Shown piece by piece: positions 47,872 to 52,868 of a stretch of 52,868 bases of DNA. The first letter of the stretch is position 1, and each line of letters opens with the position of its first letter. The notes under the pieces are model-generated. The model did no database searches and was not told the DNA's origin. It saw only the letters and a program-made list of their open reading frames with translations. Position numbers and translations under genes: made by a program. The DNA comes from a virus (lineage: Duplodnaviria; Caudoviricetes): positions 1 through 52,868 of the IMG/VR virus record IMGVR_UViG_3300009159_006334; one strand, written 5' to 3'.

Positions 47872-48090
47872 TTACTGGTTTAAACTGATGTAGTACTGCT
47901 GTAATTTATATACTAAATTAAAAATTTTTTCTACGTGTTCTCCTTTAAAGTTTGTGTCTTTAATAAGGACCAGGATTAATTCAATTTCACCTTTAGAAAG
48001 GGGAGGTATATTAGTAGGAATATTAGAAAGAGGAGCTTTTGATGGCTCCTCTTCTTTATTTCCAGTGATATGTTTTGATGTGAAAGCCAT
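47872..48090 (-). CDS. Hypothetical small protein
   Basis: Track ORF 47872-48120; internal ATG at 48090 (MAFTSKH) avoids overlap with the upstream gene. Confidence 0.65.
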   Translation of the reverse strand: MAFTSKHITGNKEEEPSKAPLSNIPTNIPPLSKGEIELILVLIKDTNFKGEHVEKIFNLVYKLQQYYISLNQ

Positions 48091-48112
48091 AACTAATTTA
48101 TTTTTTAAGCGA

Positions 48113-49927
48113 TTAAGCATAAATGTAAATATCTCCTGAAGTAGTATCTACCCATGTATTACCTTGACCTAATCCTGTACCTCCAAATTGTGGAACTGCA
48201 GCGCCTGGTGCTGTATTAGTGATTACAGTTGTGTTAGCATATTCAGAAGCTGCTGCTGTAGTAGCCTCTGGTAAGACATTAACTGCTACTGCAAAACGGC
48301 CGTATAATCCATCAGTTCCAGTTGTAGTGCCTGCTGTTTCTAAGAAGAATGCTGATCCTGAGTTAGCAGCGTTACCTGTATTAATTATAATACCTGAATC
48401 TTGGAATGTAGCAGAACCAGAGTTTAATAAGATAAACTGGTCTTTAATTGATAGGTTGTCAACATTTTGGAATGAAGCAGTACCTTGTACAGTTAAGTTA
48501 CCTTGCATTACCACATTATCGTGGAATGTAGAAGCACCAGTTACATATAAACCGCCAGCTTGAATTAATACACCGCCTGCATTATTAATTGTTACATTTT
48601 CTAGATCTGTAATTGAAGAATTTGCAAAGGCAGCTCCTGTCCATTTTGTAACTGAACCAGAAGTTAAATTGCCTGATCCTGTTACTGCGGCTGCATAAGA
48701 TGCACTTAATGCTTGAGAAGCACTTGTTGCACTTTCTGCATAAGATGCACTTAATGCGTAAGATGCACTTAATGCATAAGATGCGCTAGTTGCAGAATCT
48801 GCAGTTGATGCATTGCCAGCATAAGATGCAGATGTTGCACTAGTTGCATAAGATGCACTTGTAGCTGAATCAGCTGTAGATGCATTCAAAGCATAAGATG
48901 CACTTAAAGCATAAGATGCACTTGTTGCGCTATCTGCTGTAGATGCATTTAAAGCATAAGATGCACTTAAAGCATAAGATGCAGAAGTAGCATCATTTGC
49001 GTAAGACGAACTTAAAGCATAAGAAGCAGAAGTAGCATCATTTGCGTAAGAAGAACTTACTGCATATGAAGAACTTAAAGCATATGAAGAGCTTAAAGCA
49101 TATGAAGCGCTAGTTGCATAAGATGCAGAAACTGCAGCAGATGCTTCATAGGCATATGAAGAACTTAAGGCGTAAGAAGCAGACAAAGCATAAGAAGCGC
49201 TATCTGCAGTGTCTACTGCTGTTTGGTAAGTAAGTTGTCCTGTAGTATTATCATATCCTACTACAAAGCTCTTACTAACTTGAGTTAAACCTGTAAGAAA
49301 AACAGATCCTGTTTGATTAAATGAACCTGTAAATATAAAAGTATCAGCGTTAACATCAAATGCAGTACCTGTTGCGGTATTGATAGATAATGAACCGCTA
49401 ATAATTACTGCTTGATTTAATGTATTAACGTAAGATGCTGTATCTGCGTTAGAAGCAGTTACAGGAACGTTTGAAGCATAAGAAGCTGTTAAAGCATAAG
49501 ATGAACTTGTTGCACTATCTGCTTGAGAAGAACTTAAAGCATAAGATGCACTATCTGCTGTTGAAGCGTTGTTTGCATAAGATGCAGAAGTTGCAGCAGA
49601 TGCATCAAGTGCATAAGAAGCACTAGTTGCATAAGATGCAGAAGTTGCAGCAGATGCTTCAGAAGCATAAGATGCACTAACTGCGTAAGATGCTGTAGTT
49701 GCAAAAGATGCAGAATCTGCTGTAAATGATCCTGTACCTTGGTAGTACAATTGACCAGTTGTAGCATCTATACTTACGATATTAGCTTTAGGCGCATTAG
49801 TTAAGCCTTGTAAAAATACACTGCTTGAAGCATTTAATGATCCTGTTATGTTTACACTCGTATCAACGCTTAATTGATTTAACTGGGCTGAACTACCAGA
49901 GACGATGACTTTTTTCCAATTTGCCAT
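48113..49927 (-). CDS. Fibre/baseplate-associated SASYA-repeat structural protein
   Basis: MANWKKVIVSGSSA start, (ADS)ATSASYA repeats, GNLTVQGT...IKDQFILLNSGS...DSGII C-terminal module. Confidence 0.75.
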   Translation of the reverse strand: MANWKKVIVSGSSAQLNQLSVDTSVNITGSLNASSSVFLQGLTNAPKANIVSIDATTGQLYYQGTGSFTADSASFATTASYAVSASYASEASAATSASYATSASYALDASAATSASYANNASTADSASYALSSSQADSATSSSYALTASYASNVPVTASNADTASYVNTLNQAVIISGSLSINTATGTAFDVNADTFIFTGSFNQTGSVFLTGLTQVSKSFVVGYDNTTGQLTYQTAVDTADSASYALSASYALSSSYAYEASAAVSASYATSASYALSSSYALSSSYAVSSSYANDATSASYALSSSYANDATSASYALSASYALNASTADSATSASYALSASYALNASTADSATSASYATSATSASYAGNASTADSATSASYALSASYALSASYAESATSASQALSASYAAAVTGSGNLTSGSVTKWTGAAFANSSITDLENVTINNAGGVLIQAGGLYVTGASTFHDNVVMQGNLTVQGTASFQNVDNLSIKDQFILLNSGSATFQDSGIIINTGNAANSGSAFFLETAGTTTGTDGLYGRFAVAVNVLPEATTAAASEYANTTVITNTAPGAAVPQFGGTGLGQGNTWVDTTSGDIYIYA

Positions 49928-49962
49928 TTGATTTTGTTTTTTAGGGGTTTTTATTTTCCGTT

Positions 49963-49970
49963 AATAAATA
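49963..49970 (-). promoter_or_regulatory. Putative phage promoter motif TATTTATT
   Basis: 35 nt upstream of ATG at 49927. Confidence 0.5.
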
Positions 49971-50018
49971 GTATTTTTTTCCGAAACTATAAGTTTTAAA
50001 TGAATAATTTTTAATAAT

Positions 50019-50801
50019 TTATTCCAGTCCAACATACATTGAGCTAGAAGTGAAGTATATATTGCCTGCTATTGTAGATCCTGTTGGATTTATTGAATGA
50101 GTTGCAACGTTTAATATGCTTCCGTTTACAGTTAAGACAGGTTGTTGTGAAGTAAATCCCTTTATTATAAATAAATCACTCGATACCGTCATATCGCTAT
50201 TTGAAGCAATATCAAAGAAAGATAAGCTCTGAGACTGAATTAGAAATATACTTGCAGTACTACTATTAACACTAATTCCTACATTTCCATTTAGAATATA
50301 GGAAGCTGTTGCTGCATTTTGAGCAAAGACTGCATAAGAAGCTGATTCAACGGATCCTGATTGAGATACTATAACATCAAAAGTTGTTTGGTCACCTCTT
50401 GTAAAGGTAATTGTACTAGCTAATGCAGAAGCTGTTACAATTCCCAACAGTGCAAGTGAGGAAGTAGTTGCGTAGGATGCAGATATTGCAAAAGAGGAGC
50501 TTGGTATAGCATTTACACCTTGTACGAATCCTCCAGAAACGTATAAAAACTGACCTTCCTGTATAAAGGGTAATGCTAGATTACCGTCTAATACGTTAGA
50601 TCCTGAAGTAAAAAAACTACCAGATATAATAATAGTATCTACACTAATACCACTTAAGGCATTAATAATGTTTAATATTTGACTGGATTTTATTACACCT
50701 CCAGGGTAAATACCGTCGGTAGGGATCGTATTTTCAGGATAACTTAAGTTAAATCCTGTTAGTTGATTTACTTGATCTGCTAAAGTGTTTGGGTTGCTCA
50801 T
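50019..50801 (-). CDS. Hypothetical structural protein (SASYA family)
   Basis: ISGS, SASYA, ITFTRGDQTTF module related to the ITFTEGDGTTF cassette. Confidence 0.65.
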   Translation of the reverse strand: MSNPNTLADQVNQLTGFNLSYPENTIPTDGIYPGGVIKSSQILNIINALSGISVDTIIISGSFFTSGSNVLDGNLALPFIQEGQFLYVSGGFVQGVNAIPSSSFAISASYATTSSLALLGIVTASALASTITFTRGDQTTFDVIVSQSGSVESASYAVFAQNAATASYILNGNVGISVNSSTASIFLIQSQSLSFFDIASNSDMTVSSDLFIIKGFTSQQPVLTVNGSILNVATHSINPTGSTIAGNIYFTSSSMYVGLE

Positions 50802-51667
50802 GATGTCTGTTCTGTATTAAATACTATTTTACATAAATTATATGTCCTACTCTGTAACTGTGCAAGATATGCATTTAATGTATCTGGAATTAAATATCCA
50901 TTAAGTGTTAAATTAAACTCCGTTCTAACAAGTCTATCTTCACCTTGTTCGTAAGTTTGAATATCATCAAACGAATCAATCTTAGCTAAGAATTGAAATC
51001 TAGAAGGATCCCCCCAGTAAGAATTAGAAGCAAAATTTAATCCCTCAACTAATCTATCCATTTGTTCTACGAAGTTAGTCCAAATTGCACACTTATAAGT
51101 AATTGTAACGTAATCCGGAGTTACTACTACTACAAACTCTTTTTGAGGTCTTTGTGCTTGTAAAATTTGAAAATTATCGTAAATATTTCTACGAGAAAAA
51201 GCTTTTTCAAATAACTGTACGTTATGTGCTACGTTACCGTCTAATTTGTTACCTAATTCTCTATTCTGTGTAACATTTGATTTTTTATACATAATTAACG
51301 GTGGCATAATTTTACCGCCATTGTCTCTATAGTAACCATCTCTCTGTACTGATTTCCATTTTTCAGGAGTACCGTAAATAACAGGAACTAAGATAGTATC
51401 GTTATTTTGATATACAGATAATTTTAAAACTTCATCAAAATAATATTGAATAGCTTCACTATGGTCTTTAATTCCAATAGAAAACTTTTTATTATCTAAT
51501 TCAGTAAATTTTGTTTCGTATGCACGATTAAATTCAGGTTGTCCTGGCTTAAAGGGATCAGAGAATATAATATTAGGATTACCGTACTGAGGATCGGTTG
51601 GAACAATAATTTTGTCCAAAAATTCTCGCCTGGTCTGCGGTCTAACTTGTTGTACTCCTCCTGCCAT
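50798..51667 (-). CDS. Tail sheath stabiliser/terminator, T4 gp15-like
   Basis: VPVIYGTPEKWK, PPLI, PDYVTITY...QMDRLVE, RTEFNLTLNGYL; gene order after neck genes. Confidence 0.7.
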   Translation of the reverse strand: MAGGVQQVRPQTRREFLDKIIVPTDPQYGNPNIIFSDPFKPGQPEFNRAYETKFTELDNKKFSIGIKDHSEAIQYYFDEVLKLSVYQNNDTILVPVIYGTPEKWKSVQRDGYYRDNGGKIMPPLIMYKKSNVTQNRELGNKLDGNVAHNVQLFEKAFSRRNIYDNFQILQAQRPQKEFVVVVTPDYVTITYKCAIWTNFVEQMDRLVEGLNFASNSYWGDPSRFQFLAKIDSFDDIQTYEQGEDRLVRTEFNLTLNGYLIPDTLNAYLAQLQSRTYNLCKIVFNTEQTS

Positions 51668-51668
51668 A

Positions 51669-52160
51669 TTATAATCGCTCTTGTGTAATACCTAATCTCT
51701 CTGGTGTCGTTAGGTGGGTGAAACAAATAATGGAGAAACTTTGTCCGAATTCATTTAAACCTTGAGAATATGAGTAATCAGGATCTTTACCTAAGAAGTA
51801 CTGGTTTTCATTAGTATTATCTACTTCGTAATAAAGTTCGTTATACATAACAATATCGCCAGTCTCAGGAACTACGTTAGCTATTTCTAAATCTACTTTT
51901 AAAAACCTAAATCCAACTTCTCGTATAACATCTGGACCAAAATTATCAATCTTAGTATTAAAATCTCCTCTTACAATTAAACAGTTTATTAAAACTGGTC
52001 CAATATAACTCTTTACTAAGGCTTCACCATAGACATTAGGTTGCGTATCAGGTAAAACTACCTTATAGTATCCAATTTGTTGTGTAGCTACGTTGTTAAC
52101 AAACTCGTGTGCTACTCCAATTTGCATTAATGCATCCCTAACTGTTCCAAATAACGCCAT
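51669..52160 (-). CDS. Neck/head-closure protein, T4 gp14-like
   Basis: NVYGEA, PETGDIVMY..LYYEV; position between gp13-like and gp15-like genes. Confidence 0.62.
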   Translation of the reverse strand: MALFGTVRDALMQIGVAHEFVNNVATQQIGYYKVVLPDTQPNVYGEALVKSYIGPVLINCLIVRGDFNTKIDNFGPDVIREVGFRFLKVDLEIANVVPETGDIVMYNELYYEVDNTNENQYFLGKDPDYSYSQGLNEFGQSFSIICFTHLTTPERLGITQERL

Positions 52161-52170
52161 TTTTTTGTTT

Positions 52171-52868
52171 TTATCCTACATACACCATTAAAGGTATATT
52201 TGTTAATGTATTTTCTAAAGAGTTATTCTCAGATTCTTTTCTCTCTAATTGTTTCTGTCTCGACATGTCTTCAAGATCTAATCTTAACTTTTCTCTTAAA
52301 TCTTTTTGCATTGCTTGGCCTCTTGGAATTAAATCTGCAAAGTTTAAAGTTGTTTCTGCACCTGGTATATTAACTACTGTATATTTTCCTCTTACTAAAC
52401 CTAGTAATTCTGAAGTTAATGCAGCTGTAAACTCTTTAGTCCATTGTTTTGCAGGTTGGTTAAGATCAGAATAAGTAATTAACCCGTAAGGTGCCATAGA
52501 AGCATTTGCAACTAAGCCTTGATTATCGCCATAAGGACTATTTTCAGTTAAACTCATTAAGTCAGACTGAAATGCATATTGTAATGAAATGCGACCGCCT
52601 TCTCCGTAAGGTATTGGAAATATTCTAATATTTGTTCCTATTAATTCAAAGGTCCAAGCTGGTAAATTTACTGTATTTTGCATTTCTGCTTCTTGTATTC
52701 TTTGTATCGTCCAAAATACAGGATAATAAGTAGCTGCGTTACCTCCGCCAAATCCTCCGCCAAATCCTGCTCCACCCCAGCTTCCAGGCCATGCACCTAC
52801 TCCAACTAGTTGCGGATAGTAAGAACCGTATCCATACATGTATAATGCAGGAGGTGCTTGATACATTA
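52171..52868 (-). CDS. Neck protein, T4 gp13-like (5' end outside window)
   Basis: W.KEFTAAL..ELLG.VRGKY...IPG..TTLN..DL and terminal PLMVYVG resemble the gp13 C-terminus. Confidence 0.72.
   Translation of the reverse strand, partial: MYQAPPALYMYGYGSYYPQLVGVGAWPGSWGGAGFGGGFGGGNAATYYPVFWTIQRIQEAEMQNTVNLPAWTFELIGTNIRIFPIPYGEGGRISLQYAFQSDLMSLTENSPYGDNQGLVANASMAPYGLITYSDLNQPAKQWTKEFTAALTSELLGLVRGKYTVVNIPGAETTLNFADLIPRGQAMQKDLREKLRLDLEDMSRQKQLERKESENNSLENTLTNIPLMVYVG

Noticed and set aside
42330-49720. CRISPR array or DGR template/variable repeat in the repetitive region
   Set aside because: Repeats are degenerate in-frame 18-bp coding units without unique spacers; no cas or reverse transcriptase gene; cassette mismatches are mostly synonymous
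10149-52474. Short antisense or alternate-frame ORFs in the track (e.g. 10149-10463, 14837-15049, 17038-17253, 22256-22501, 48219-48563, 49534-49767, 52265-52474)
   Set aside because: All lie within longer genes with clear family motifs and have no motifs of their own; shadows of the coding frame

Overview
AT-rich segment of a large T4-like (contractile-tailed) bacteriophage genome, read in standard code 11 and mostly on the minus strand. Both ends are virion morphogenesis genes. Left: tail tube (partial) and tail sheath. Right: gp13/gp14/gp15-like neck and tail-terminator genes, then a family of Ser/Ala-rich SASYA-repeat fibre-like proteins, one with a peptidase S74 chaperone. Between them lies a ~36.7 kb island (4075-40762) of about 40 modifying enzymes: glycosyltransferases (GT7 with LamG inserts, GT25, GT2, GT11-like, GT10-like), NDP-sugar epimerases/reductases, RmlC, a split TPP-dependent E1 alpha/beta pair, APS kinase plus sulfotransferase, carbamoyltransferase, methyltransferases, 2OG-Fe(II) oxygenases, SGNH-like proteins and seven radical SAM genes (one broken by an in-frame TGA). 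Most notable: (i) a circularly permuted ATP-grasp-like domain fused to two tandem Hint domains; (ii) a shared C-terminal K-x-hydrophobic-hydrophobic tail on many unrelated island enzymes; (iii) a recurrent TATTTATW upstream motif, the reverse complement of the T4 late promoter, including a palindromic divergent copy; (iv) two candidate structured 5' leader RNAs before fibre paralogues. I saw no tRNA, rRNA, CRISPR array or transposase. All family calls come from motif recognition by eye, not database searches.
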